NCBI GenBank assembly: GCA_040377495.1
Contig: JBEIOQ010000001.1
Location: 1 to 56,500, forward strand
From: Halobacteriovoraceae bacterium
GTDB taxonomy: Bacteria; Bdellovibrionota; Bacteriovoracia; Bacteriovoracales; Bacteriovoracaceae
Reading direction: 5' to 3'
Length of the DNA: 56,500 bases
Within the stretch, counting starts at the first letter, position 1. The number at the start of each line of letters is the position of its first letter. The notes under the pieces are model-generated. The model saw only the letters and a program-made list of their open reading frames with translations, did not search any database and was not told the origin of the DNA. The position numbers and the translations under genes are program-made. Shown here one piece after another: positions 39,988 through 52,846 of the stretch.

Positions 39988-41841
39988 ATGACAATAATTT
40001 TCGATATCCTAGTTTTAGGTGGTGGCCATGCCGGCTTAGAAGCAGCTCATGCAGCAGCTCAGTTTGGTTTGGATGTCGCTCTGTTTGTCATGCCTGGAGT
40101 GAAGGTGGCTTCGGCTCCTTGTAACCCGGCCATTGGTGGAGTGGGTAAAGGGCAAGTGGTTCGCGAGCTGGATGCACTCGGTGGAGTGATGGGAAAGCTA
40201 GCTGACTTAGCTGGGATTCAGTACCGAGTCCTCAATGAGTCTAAAGGTTTCGCGGTTCAATCTAGCCGTGTACAAATAGATAAAGAAATCTATGCTGAGG
40301 AGGCCGAGAAATTGGTGGCCAGCATTTCTAATATCTTTCTAGTTAGAGAGAAAGTTCTTTCAGTGACTAAGGTTGAGAACTTATTTGAAGTGGTATCAAC
40401 CCAACGGTCCTATAGAACCAGAAAGGTCATCGTCACGACAGGAACTTTCCTGGGTGGAAAGATGCATACGGGTGCTCATCAAAGTATTGGTGGGCGAGTG
40501 GGAAAAGAGGCCAGTCCTCATCTAACCAGTCTTCTCTCCCAAGTGAAAACGGGCAAGAGTCGTTTTAAAACCGGAACACCTTCTCGTATCGCTCGAAGCT
40601 CGATTGACTATACTAAACTACAAGTTCAGCCCTCAGATCCTTCAACGAGAAACCTCCATTGTTTGCATGATGGACAGATTCGTTTCCAAAAACAATTGGA
40701 CTGCTACCTCACTTATACAAATGAAGATACTTTGGGGATTATTCGTGAGAACAAAGAAAAGTCTCCCATGTATAACGGACAGATCAATGGTGTAGGGGCA
40801 AGATATTGTCCGAGTATTGAAGATAAGGCCTTCCGCTATCCTGATAGAAATACTCACCATGTGTTCATCGAACCAGAAGGGATCGATGTAGAAACTATGT
40901 ATCCTAGCGGGGTTTCCTCTAGTTTGCCAGCTGATGTTCAAGAGGCTTTTCTAAAGACCATTCCGGGCTTAGAAAGCTGTGAAATCCTGGTTCCTGGTTA
41001 TGCTGTAGAATACGATGTGGTGGATACAACAACACTTGATCTTACCCTTGAATACAAAGATATTACTGGTCTCTACTTCGCCGGGCAGGTCAATGGAACT
41101 TCTGGCTATGAAGAGGCCGCAGGACAAGGATTGATTGCTGGATTGAACGCTAGTCTTAGTTTGCTTGGCCGTGAGAAATTGGTCTTGGATCGCCAAGAAT
41201 CTTATATCGGTGTGATGATTTCCGACCTCACCTTGAACACCAGAGATGAACCTTACCGTCTGTTCACCGCTCGTTCGGAAAACCGTCTTTATATCCGTGA
41301 GGATAATACCATCAACCGTATGGCCTCTTACCGTTTGTCTTTGGGTTTGAACGCCAAGCTTGATCAGTATTTAGAAAGTTTTATAGCAGAATATGATCTA
41401 CTGATGAAACTTTGCCGTGACATTACTTTTAGTTCCCAGTCCGAAATGATGTTGAAGTACCAGGATCCTGAGAACAAAAAAACCTTTCAGGCCAAGATCC
41501 CTTTGGCAGAACTGATGCGCCAATCTTGGATTAATCCGGTTGACGTTTTGGCCAAAGAACTAGCTGAGATGCATGTGAGTTTTTCTTCTGATGTGGTTCA
41601 GGCCGTAGCGATTAGCTTAAAATACGACGGATATATTAAAAAGTCTCAAGATCAATATGAGAAGATTAAGAAGCTTGATAATATGAAGCTAAACTGGGAA
41701 GAGATCACTAATTCTTCCAATATTTCTTTTGAGTGTAAGTCGCGAATTGCCAAGATCCGTCCAGAAACTTTTGGCCACTTAAAGCTGATTGAAGGAATTC
41801 GCCCCGCTACTTTAGCGATCATTGCCGGGAAACTTTATTAA
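39988..41841 (+). CDS. mnmG: tRNA uridine 5-carboxymethylaminomethyl modification enzyme MnmG (GidA)
   Basis: The FAD-binding N-terminus reads [20 protein letters not shown], and [11 protein letters not shown] is also present. I moved the start to the ATG at 39988, because the track start at 39922 overlaps mnmE and reads across parS. Confidence 0.95.
   Translation: MTIIFDILVLGGGHAGLEAAHAAAQFGLDVALFVMPGVKVASAPCNPAIGGVGKGQVVRELDALGGVMGKLADLAGIQYRVLNESKGFAVQSSRVQIDKEIYAEEAEKLVASISNIFLVREKVLSVTKVENLFEVVSTQRSYRTRKVIVTTGTFLGGKMHTGAHQSIGGRVGKEASPHLTSLLSQVKTGKSRFKTGTPSRIARSSIDYTKLQVQPSDPSTRNLHCLHDGQIRFQKQLDCYLTYTNEDTLGIIRENKEKSPMYNGQINGVGARYCPSIEDKAFRYPDRNTHHVFIEPEGIDVETMYPSGVSSSLPADVQEAFLKTIPGLESCEILVPGYAVEYDVVDTTTLDLTLEYKDITGLYFAGQVNGTSGYEEAAGQGLIAGLNASLSLLGREKLVLDRQESYIGVMISDLTLNTRDEPYRLFTARSENRLYIREDNTINRMASYRLSLGLNAKLDQYLESFIAEYDLLMKLCRDITFSSQSEMMLKYQDPENKKTFQAKIPLAELMRQSWINPVDVLAKELAEMHVSFSSDVVQAVAISLKYDGYIKKSQDQYEKIKKLDNMKLNWEEITNSSNISFECKSRIAKIRPETFGHLKLIEGIRPATLAIIAGKLY
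40406..40420 (+). repeat. Copy of the GGTCCTATAGAACCA motif inside mnmG
   Basis: This is an exact 15-mer. Here it is read in a different frame (..R-S-Y-R-T-R..) from the mnmE copies. Confidence 0.85.
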
Positions 41842-42482
41842 TGATCACAAGAGAATTTTCCGACGAACTATTTAGCATCTACTTCGGTGAACTGGAAGGT
41901 TTAAATTTAACTGCGATCCGTGAACCCACCGAGTTTTATCACAAACAAATTCTCGATTCGATTTATCCTTATGAGCAGTCTGAAACCTTCCGTGGTTCTA
42001 TAGGGGCACATCCTTATTATATAGATGTAGGATTTGGCGGAGGATTTCCTCTACTTCCTCTAGCAAAACTTCTCTCAGATAAAAAATGTGTGGGCATTGA
42101 TTCAAAAAATAAAAAGGTCGAAGCAGTAAAGTTAATTGCTAGCAAAGTTGGATTAGAAAACGTTCGACCTTATCATGCTCGTATTGAAGATGTGTTAATT
42201 GATCGTCCTGCGACTTTAACCTTTAAAGCTGTTGGCAGAATTTACGACATGCTAAACTTACTAAATTATTCAACGCCAATCGAAGTTTTTTTCTATAAGG
42301 GACCTAACGTTTACGAATTAGAAGAAATGGACTTTGCAAAAATTGGAAATAAGTGGGAAAGAATCGAAGAGAAGGAAATTCAAGTACCTAACACAGATAA
42401 ACGAATTTTATTAGGGTATAAAAGCAAAATTGTTCCACGTGGAACAGCTAAATACCTTGTCAAACTCTCTGACATTATTTAA
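41841..42482 (+). CDS. rsmG: 16S rRNA (guanine527-N7)-methyltransferase RsmG (GidB)
   Basis: 213 aa. The SAM-binding motif is IDVGFGGGFPLLPLA. It lies in the canonical position after mnmG. Confidence 0.88.
   Translation: MITREFSDELFSIYFGELEGLNLTAIREPTEFYHKQILDSIYPYEQSETFRGSIGAHPYYIDVGFGGGFPLLPLAKLLSDKKCVGIDSKNKKVEAVKLIASKVGLENVRPYHARIEDVLIDRPATLTFKAVGRIYDMLNLLNYSTPIEVFFYKGPNVYELEEMDFAKIGNKWERIEEKEIQVPNTDKRILLGYKSKIVPRGTAKYLVKLSDII
42431..42446. other. parS centromere-like site 2, inside the 3' end of rsmG
   Basis: TGTTCCACGTGGAACA is identical to site 1. In rsmG it encodes ..IVPRGT.. It lies 68 nt upstream of the parA ATG. Confidence 0.85.
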
Positions 42483-42513
42483 AAATTTCTCACGGACTTT
42501 CAGGAGAAATTCA

Positions 42514-43323
42514 ATGGCCAAAATTATTGCGATAGCAAACCAAAAAGGTGGCGTTGGTAAAACGACGACCTCAATTAACCTTGCCGCTGGTTTAGCAGTA
42601 GCTGAGAAAAAAACTCTACTATTAGATTTAGATCCTCAAGGTAACGCAAGTCTTGGTCTAGGTTTGGACAAAGCTAGCTTTGCTCAAAAAAATATTTATC
42701 ACGCTATTATTGGTGAAGAGAATATTGAAGAGGCCATTTATAAAACTGATTTACCTTATTTAGATATTTGTCCCTCTGACAATAACCTCACTGGTGCAGA
42801 AATTGAGCTAGTGGGTGCCTTTGCCCGCGAAACAAAGCTAAAGACTGCCCTAGAGTCCGTTATGGATCACTATGACTACATCATTATAGATTGCCCTCCT
42901 TCTTTAACTCTTTTAACAGTGAACGCTCTTACTGCAGCGCACAGTTATATTGTTCCAATGCAAACAGAATTTTTTGCAATGGAAGGACTTTCACAGTTAT
43001 TAAACACTGTTCGTCTTATCCGTCATTCCTTAAATCCGAGATTAGAATTAGAAGGTATTCTTCTGACTATGTTCGATGCTCGTAACAATCTTTCTAAGCA
43101 AGTGGCTTTTGAAATTAAAAAACACTTCAAAGACTCAGTATTAAAAACCATCATTCCAAGAAACGTGAAATTATCTGAGTCACCAAGCTTTGGTAAGCCA
43201 ATCATTCTTTATGATGTTAGCTCAAAAGGTAGTGAGGCTTATTTCTCATTAGCAAAAGAAGTCATCATTAATACAGATCCAAAATATTTAATTAATAAAC
43301 CATCGTCAGAGATGACTTTTTAA
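42514..43323 (+). CDS. parA: Chromosome partitioning ATPase ParA (Soj)
   Basis: The protein starts MAKIIAIANQKGGVGKTTTSINLA (deviant Walker A). An AGGAGA Shine-Dalgarno sequence lies 7 nt upstream of the ATG at 42514. The track start at 42430 is an artefactual extension through parS and rsmG. Confidence 0.93.
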   Translation: MAKIIAIANQKGGVGKTTTSINLAAGLAVAEKKTLLLDLDPQGNASLGLGLDKASFAQKNIYHAIIGEENIEEAIYKTDLPYLDICPSDNNLTGAEIELVGAFARETKLKTALESVMDHYDYIIIDCPPSLTLLTVNALTAAHSYIVPMQTEFFAMEGLSQLLNTVRLIRHSLNPRLELEGILLTMFDARNNLSKQVAFEIKKHFKDSVLKTIIPRNVKLSESPSFGKPIILYDVSSKGSEAYFSLAKEVIINTDPKYLINKPSSEMTF

Positions 43324-43334
43324 GCGGGGACTTT

Positions 43335-44225
43335 ATGGTACAAAAAACTGTTTTAGGTAAAGGTATTGCTTCTCTTATTCAATCAAGTCAGTCTGATTAT
43401 GGCAGTGAAAATAGAGCAAAAACTGAGCCGGCAATTAACATTATTAAAGGTGAGTCTTTATTAGTTCCCGTAGGAAAAATAAAAGCGAATCAATATCAAC
43501 CAAGAAGAATTTTTAAAGAAAAAGATATTGTTGAACTTGCAGAATCAATCAAGGAAAACGGCATCATTCAACCACTGATTGTAATCGAAAAAGGTAATGA
43601 ATTTGAATTAATTGCAGGTGAACGTCGTTTGAGAGCAGCAAAATTGGCTGGTCTTGAGCAAGTTCCTGTGGTGATCAAAAAAGCTACTGATCGCGAAAAA
43701 TTAGTCATGGCGATTATTGAAAACGTTCAACGTTCAGAGTTGAATTGTATAGAAGAAGCTTTAGCTTATTTCCAACTCATGGAAGATTTTAAATTAACCC
43801 AAGAAGAAGTGGCTAAAAAAATCGGGAAAGAGCGCTCAACTATTGCTAATTTTCTTCGTATCTTAAAACTTCCTCGCGATGTAATTGGTCTTTTAAAGGA
43901 AGAAAAACTTTCATTTGGGCACGCAAAGATTTTAGCGGCAGTAAAGGAAGCAGAACACGCAAAAAGACTGGCATTTCAAGTAGTAGAAGCAAACCTTTCT
44001 GTAAGAGAATTGGAAGTTCTCATTAATAAAAAACCAAAAACAGTCAAAGAAGAAACGAAAAAGAACTTCTTTACCGACAAACTTGATCCACTTAAAAATA
44101 AATTAGAGCAAAAAACTGGTTTTCATTTTAAACTAGCAGGTAAGAAGAACGGTGCAGGTGTTGTAACGATTAAGTTTAATAATGAAGCTGAATTTAACGA
44201 CATCTATGACTACTTAATGAAGTAA
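43335..44225 (+). CDS. parB: Chromosome partitioning protein ParB (Spo0J)
   Basis: 296 aa. The ParB box is LIAGERRLRAAKLAGL, and an HTH follows (LTQEEVAKKIGKERSTIANFLRIL). Confidence 0.95.
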   Translation: MVQKTVLGKGIASLIQSSQSDYGSENRAKTEPAINIIKGESLLVPVGKIKANQYQPRRIFKEKDIVELAESIKENGIIQPLIVIEKGNEFELIAGERRLRAAKLAGLEQVPVVIKKATDREKLVMAIIENVQRSELNCIEEALAYFQLMEDFKLTQEEVAKKIGKERSTIANFLRILKLPRDVIGLLKEEKLSFGHAKILAAVKEAEHAKRLAFQVVEANLSVRELEVLINKKPKTVKEETKKNFFTDKLDPLKNKLEQKTGFHFKLAGKKNGAGVVTIKFNNEAEFNDIYDYLMK

Positions 44226-44226
44226 T

Positions 44227-44565
44227 ATGCAAGATAGAAAAGGTGAAATTTCAGCGATTATTGAGGAAGGTTGCAAATTTGATGGCAACCTTTCCTTTAA
44301 TGGCGTGGTGCGAATCGCTGGTCAGGTTAATGGTAATATTTTTTCTAATGACACACTGATCATATCTGAAGGTGCATTGATTAACGCCGATATCAATGCC
44401 AACGTCATCCTGATATCAGGAAATGTGAAAGGTAACTTGAAGGCCACTTCTCGCGTGGAAATTCGCAAGCCTGCTCGCTTTGAGGGAACGATCACAGCAC
44501 CAAGTCTTATTGTGGAAGAGGGAGTCATTTTCCATGGTGTGACAAAAATGAAAGAATTAAACTAA
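44227..44565 (+). CDS. Bactofilin
   Basis: 112 aa. It has a beta-helical DUF583-type repeat pattern (KFDGNLSFNGVVRIAGQVNGNIFSNDTLIISEGALINADINANVILISGNVKGNL...). It starts 1 nt after the parB stop. Confidence 0.88.
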   Translation: MQDRKGEISAIIEEGCKFDGNLSFNGVVRIAGQVNGNIFSNDTLIISEGALINADINANVILISGNVKGNLKATSRVEIRKPARFEGTITAPSLIVEEGVIFHGVTKMKELN

Positions 44566-44629
44566 ATAGTTTTTCTTTCTACATCATACCATTCTCTTTT
44601 TAAGACCGTTGTATAAATCCTTAATTCCC

Positions 44630-44658
44630 TTGACGAAAGTACCTAAATTCTCTAATTA
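44630..44658 (+). promoter_or_regulatory. Predicted sigma70-type promoter of the atpF'FHAGDC operon
   Basis: TTGACG (44630-44635), a 17-nt spacer, then TAATTA (44653-44658). It sits about 30 nt upstream of the ATG at 44690. Confidence 0.45.
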
Positions 44659-44689
44659 TTAAGCCTAAATTTAGACTCGAGGCACTTCT

Positions 44690-45139
44690 ATGGAAACCAT
44701 TCAAGCGATTTTCTCTCAATTAGGAGCGAACGGCTCAATTGTTAATCAAATTGTTATCGTTTTTGTTTTTTATTTTTTAGCAAAATATGTTTTCTTCAAT
44801 AAACTTCAATTCGTTATTGAAAACCGCGAAGAGAAAACAACTAAGCTAGAAAATCATGCGGACGAAATGTTTGAGCAAGCAAATAAGCTAGGTGAAAAAT
44901 ATAAAGCTAAAATTGAAACCGCTCACGCCAAAGCTCAGTCTTTTCTTTCAGATAAGAAATCCCAAGCTAAATCAGAGATGAATGCCAAGCTTAAGAACTC
45001 TGAAGATGAAGTAAATGCTTATGTTGAAAGCTCGAAACAAAAAATCAAAGAAGATATTCAGAATAAAAGAAATGAAGTTATGTCTGAATCAAACCAACTT
45101 GCCAATCTACTAATTAATAAACTTACAGGAAAGCACTAA
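44690..45139 (+). CDS. atpF: F-type ATP synthase subunit b' (first of two b-type subunits)
   Basis: 149 aa. It has one N-terminal TM helix followed by a long charged coiled coil. It is the first gene of the F1/stalk operon. Confidence 0.8.
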   Translation: METIQAIFSQLGANGSIVNQIVIVFVFYFLAKYVFFNKLQFVIENREEKTTKLENHADEMFEQANKLGEKYKAKIETAHAKAQSFLSDKKSQAKSEMNAKLKNSEDEVNAYVESSKQKIKEDIQNKRNEVMSESNQLANLLINKLTGKH

Positions 45140-45684
45140 TGTTAAAATTTGCTTTTGTCTTCACACTGTTTATTGCAGATGTAATAGCCTCGGGCGATGC
45201 CCATGGTGGTCATCAACCAACAATGAAAGACCTAATTGCTCCTACCTTTAATTTTGTCATTCTTTTTGGGTTTCTTCTTTATAAGATTAAAGCTCCCATG
45301 AAGAGTTTCTTCGATACGAAATCAAAAAAGATTTCTGAAATCTTAGACCGAGCACAAGTTAAGTCTAAGGAAGCTCAGGTTCTCTTTGATTTAAATACGA
45401 GAAAAGTTAAAGAAGCAGATAATGATGCTGCTAACATTCTTAAGGCTGCAGAAGAAGACGCCAGAAAGTTTGCTATGGACTGTGACAAAGAAGCAAAAGA
45501 TAAAACGGAAAAGTTAAAATCAGAGGCCATTAACCGTGTTGAGGCTGAAAAGAAAGTCATGATTAATCAATTAAATAAAGAACTAGTTGATGAAGTTATT
45601 ATGAAGTCGAAAAAAATTATTTCGAGTGATAACAAGGTAAAAACTGATCTGACAACGAAAGCAGTGAAGGAAATTGCTCAATGA
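45139..45684 (+). CDS. atpF: F-type ATP synthase subunit b
   Basis: 181 aa. It has an N-terminal hydrophobic segment, a TM helix and a charged coiled coil. It is followed by atpH. Confidence 0.8.
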   Translation: MLKFAFVFTLFIADVIASGDAHGGHQPTMKDLIAPTFNFVILFGFLLYKIKAPMKSFFDTKSKKISEILDRAQVKSKEAQVLFDLNTRKVKEADNDAANILKAAEEDARKFAMDCDKEAKDKTEKLKSEAINRVEAEKKVMINQLNKELVDEVIMKSKKIISSDNKVKTDLTTKAVKEIAQ

Positions 45685-46217
45685 AAGAACAAATTGTAGC
45701 CAAGGCTTATGCTCAGGCAATTATTGATTTAGGTCAGGAAAAAAAGATTGATACCGCTTCTGAATTAACAAAATTCCAGGAAGTCATTAATAGTTCAAAT
45801 GATCTAGAAAACGTCATGTTTCTAGAAGTTTTCACAATTGAAGAGAAAAAAGATATTTTTGCTTCGATTTCCAAAAAGCTTCAGCTTAATAGTATTGTTA
45901 ATAACTTCATTGATTACCTTATTGATGTAAAACGCATTGGTCTACTTCCGCTTATCTATAAGGAAGTGATGGTGTTAGATGATTACGAAAAAGGTTTTAT
46001 TCGCGGAACGATTGAAGGCGCAGATAAAGAGATCGATACAGCTCTTCTAACACAGATTAAAAGTTTCTTAAAAAATAAAGTCGGAAAAAACCCAGAATTA
46101 ACCTACGTGCAAAATGCGAATGTTACAGCTGGTTTTAAAATTACTGTTGATGATTTCCAGGTGGATGCAACAGTCGACAATCAACTAGAACAATTTAAAA
46201 ACTCGATCGTTTTATAA
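45681..46217 (+). CDS. atpH: F-type ATP synthase subunit delta (OSCP)
   Basis: 178 aa. It has an OSCP-like start (AKAYAQAIIDLG) and lies between b and alpha. Confidence 0.85.
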   Translation: MKEQIVAKAYAQAIIDLGQEKKIDTASELTKFQEVINSSNDLENVMFLEVFTIEEKKDIFASISKKLQLNSIVNNFIDYLIDVKRIGLLPLIYKEVMVLDDYEKGFIRGTIEGADKEIDTALLTQIKSFLKNKVGKNPELTYVQNANVTAGFKITVDDFQVDATVDNQLEQFKNSIVL

Positions 46218-46228
46218 TTTGGAGATAA

Positions 46229-47743
<1,515 letters not shown>

Positions 47744-47770
47744 TAAGCATTAAGGCTTAGGATATAAACC

Positions 47771-50073
<2,303 letters not shown>

Positions 50074-50075
50074 TC

Positions 50076-50486
50076 ATGAGTTATTTTAAAGTGGATATAT
50101 TCACTCCTGCTGGCGTCGTCGATAAAAACATCGATGCCAGCTCGGTGACTCTTTCCACCATTCGTGGAGAGATTGCAATTCTTCCTGAGCATACTCATTT
50201 AATAACTGAGCTTGCTCCTGGAATTATGACAGTGAAGACGGATAAAGGTGATCGTCACTTTTTTCTAACTACTGGAATTGCTAAAATCTTAAAAAATAAA
50301 GTAACTATACTTGCACACACTTCTGAAAAAGCTGAAAGCATTGATAAAGAGAGAGCTCAGCGAGCTCTTAATAAAGCAAAAGAAAAACTTTCAGGGAAAG
50401 AATCACTTAATGACATAGAGTTAATTAAGTTCCGTCGTAAACTTGAAAGAGCAGAACATCGTTTAAAATTAGCTTACTTGAAATAA
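50076..50486 (+). CDS. atpC: F-type ATP synthase subunit epsilon
   Basis: 136 aa. It has a beta-sandwich followed by a helical hairpin, and it is the last gene of the operon. Confidence 0.9.
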   Translation: MSYFKVDIFTPAGVVDKNIDASSVTLSTIRGEIAILPEHTHLITELAPGIMTVKTDKGDRHFFLTTGIAKILKNKVTILAHTSEKAESIDKERAQRALNKAKEKLSGKESLNDIELIKFRRKLERAEHRLKLAYLK

Positions 50487-50487
50487 T

Positions 50488-50538
50488 GGTCCCATAGGAC
50501 CGTGATGACCTCTGGGTAGTCATGGTCCTATAGAACCA
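50488..50538 (+). repeat. Cluster of small palindromes directly after atpC, including one exact GGTCCTATAGAACCA copy
   Basis: The cluster has three elements: the variant GGTCCCATAGGACC (50488-50501), a small ATGAC..GTCAT hairpin (about 50505-50523), and the exact 15-mer GGTCCTATAGAACCA (50524-50538). Confidence 0.85.
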
Positions 50539-50650
50539 CCTTAAAAACTATCTGAATACTCACCTACAAATTTACTCTGGCTATTCACTAAATTCATCTA
50601 CTTGACGCAATTTTGTTTTAAAACTCTCTAATTTCGCTACACTAAATTTA

Positions 50651-52846
50651 ATGCGATCAAGATATTTGGTTCTAGCTTTAACCATAATGACAACGTTTGG
50701 ATGGATTCTCCATTCAAGTCTGGATCTATTTTATAGTCAGCAAACCATCTCTATTTCGACGCTAACCAAAGCTATCTCAACCCTTAAAAGTTTTGAAAAC
50801 ACGCAGATTGTGATTTCGAACTCAGGTAAAGACTACATTCACAACACTGACGAACGTTTGGCATCTTTAGAAAGAAATTTTAAGTCGTACAGAATCCAAC
50901 ATAAAGCAACTTCAGCTGTGATTATAGCTAAAACTAAGTCAGTGAAGGAATTCATTGAGAAAAGTGAAGTGGCCCGTGAAATAAAGCTTTACCAAGCGGC
51001 GACGAAGATCTTAACAGTAAAACATATAACGAAGGACCTACCTTCAGTTATTAAAGCAACAGAAACAATTGAAAAAGATCAGTTTTCTTTTCAACATAAA
51101 ATCCAAACAACGACAGTTAGCTATGCTCTTAACTATAAGGCAATGAAAAACTACGATTATATTGCTTTCCATGGACCAACCGAAAAGAAAGAACTTAAGG
51201 ATGAAGTTAAGTTAGCGATGGCATCACCGACGAAAACGAAAGAAAAACTTTCTGAACTATCAGAGGAAGAATTAAAATTAGATGAATCTGATGAATTAAT
51301 TTTAAAAAATCTTGATGATGAAGCTACTGCAGTACCTCTGGTTGAGGATAAAACTGACACCGTAAAGGTTGAAAATAAAACAACGACTCAAGAAGATCAT
51401 AGTTTAGAAATTGATGATCTTAATACTTATGAGTATTCAACTTTGGCCTCAGATCAAAATCCAAAAACTGAAGACACTTCTCCTCTTATTAAGTCGTCTG
51501 CTGTTTCTAGTAGTGTAAGTCAGGTTATCGGGCGAGAAATGCAGAACAATACTATGGGCCCATATAAATTTGAAAAAATACCAAAAACAACTGTACCTGA
51601 TACGACAACATTGGCTTCTAATGCTCCGGTGACGAACCCAATGATTAATTATTCTGGGTTAAAGACCGGCGAGAACAAGAATAAAACGCAATTGAGTACT
51701 CAAATGAATACTCAATTGAAAATTAGATCGATGAGTTTAAATCTGCTTGGAAAGAAGCAGGGTCTTTTAAGAGAGTTTGACTATCAATCTGTATACGATG
51801 TTAATGAATTACGGAGCTCTGACGAAAAAGGGGAGTTAGATCTCACTTTTCCTATCTCAAGAACCGGTATGAAGGCCATCTCGCTACGCTCGGATGAACA
51901 TTTAAAAACCAATATGAATGTTGAATTAAACATTGAAGACGATAATGAAATATTGGTTCCAATGATCGATGGACCGAGCTTAGAGGCTTACTTAGTTTCA
52001 AGGAATATTGAAGCCAGTGGTGGATTTCTGCTAATTAAGATTGATGGATCAGTAGAAACTGTTGGTTTGGATAAAACATTTTCTGGATTCGTGAATTTTG
52101 ATGAAAAGCTGAAGGTAACTCAGGATGAGTCTAAGGCCCAATATGTTCTTTATCTGGGTGTTGCGCCTGGAAATGTTCTCGTCACAGTGAAAATGAAAGA
52201 AGGGGCAACTTCATATATTACACATGTATCAGAAAATGAATTAACATACGACTATTTGTCGATGAATAAACTGAGTTTTCAGAAAATAGAACTTACGGTG
52301 GAAGAATTGATGTCAAAGAAAGCTCTGCCACTTAATATTCCAGGGGAAGAAATTTTAAGTTTTTCTAGTAATAAGAAATCTCAAAAGTTAAATATGAATA
52401 CATATGAATTTACATCTGAATTTACTAAGGCCGATACACAGAACTACTTTGAAATAAAAAATAAAGAAATGAATGTGTTTTTTGGTGTAAAAACTAATCA
52501 GAAAATTGTGATTCCATCTCAAAGCTATCAAGATGAAATTTATAATCTTTTTCATGTTAAAGAACCGAATCAAGTTTGTATTGTGCAAATTAATCTAGAT
52601 GCAAAAAAGAAATTGGACAACATAAGATCTTTGGCCCAGACAGTAGATGGACAAGATAATTTCAACCTAATGGCATTGGATAAAGATGGAACAATTGGAG
52701 AAGACGTCTCTGATACAACATCAAAAATCTTCTTTAAGGGTGAACATCAAGGAGTCTTAAATCTAGAGCTTAACTTTGTTGATAATACACAGGAATCAAT
52801 TCAAACCTTCTGTTCTCAAGGCATTTACTTAATCGAACAGCGATAG
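50651..52846 (+). CDS. Hypothetical exported or membrane-anchored protein (731 aa) with no domain I can recognise
   Basis: It has an N-terminal hydrophobic anchor (LVLALTIMTTFGWIL), an acidic low-complexity linker (residues about 190-290, E/D/K/T-rich), and a C-terminal region of about 400 aa that is beta-rich by composition. No Shine-Dalgarno sequence is evident. Confidence 0.6.
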   Translation: MRSRYLVLALTIMTTFGWILHSSLDLFYSQQTISISTLTKAISTLKSFENTQIVISNSGKDYIHNTDERLASLERNFKSYRIQHKATSAVIIAKTKSVKEFIEKSEVAREIKLYQAATKILTVKHITKDLPSVIKATETIEKDQFSFQHKIQTTTVSYALNYKAMKNYDYIAFHGPTEKKELKDEVKLAMASPTKTKEKLSELSEEELKLDESDELILKNLDDEATAVPLVEDKTDTVKVENKTTTQEDHSLEIDDLNTYEYSTLASDQNPKTEDTSPLIKSSAVSSSVSQVIGREMQNNTMGPYKFEKIPKTTVPDTTTLASNAPVTNPMINYSGLKTGENKNKTQLSTQMNTQLKIRSMSLNLLGKKQGLLREFDYQSVYDVNELRSSDEKGELDLTFPISRTGMKAISLRSDEHLKTNMNVELNIEDDNEILVPMIDGPSLEAYLVSRNIEASGGFLLIKIDGSVETVGLDKTFSGFVNFDEKLKVTQDESKAQYVLYLGVAPGNVLVTVKMKEGATSYITHVSENELTYDYLSMNKLSFQKIELTVEELMSKKALPLNIPGEEILSFSSNKKSQKLNMNTYEFTSEFTKADTQNYFEIKNKEMNVFFGVKTNQKIVIPSQSYQDEIYNLFHVKEPNQVCIVQINLDAKKKLDNIRSLAQTVDGQDNFNLMALDKDGTIGEDVSDTTSKIFFKGEHQGVLNLELNFVDNTQESIQTFCSQGIYLIEQR

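Noticed and set aside
42430-42513. N-terminal extension of the parA ORF (track start 42430).
   Set aside because: It lies inside rsmG and reads through parS. The canonical ParA N-terminus MAKIIAIANQKGGVGKT starts at 42514 and has an AGGAGA Shine-Dalgarno sequence.
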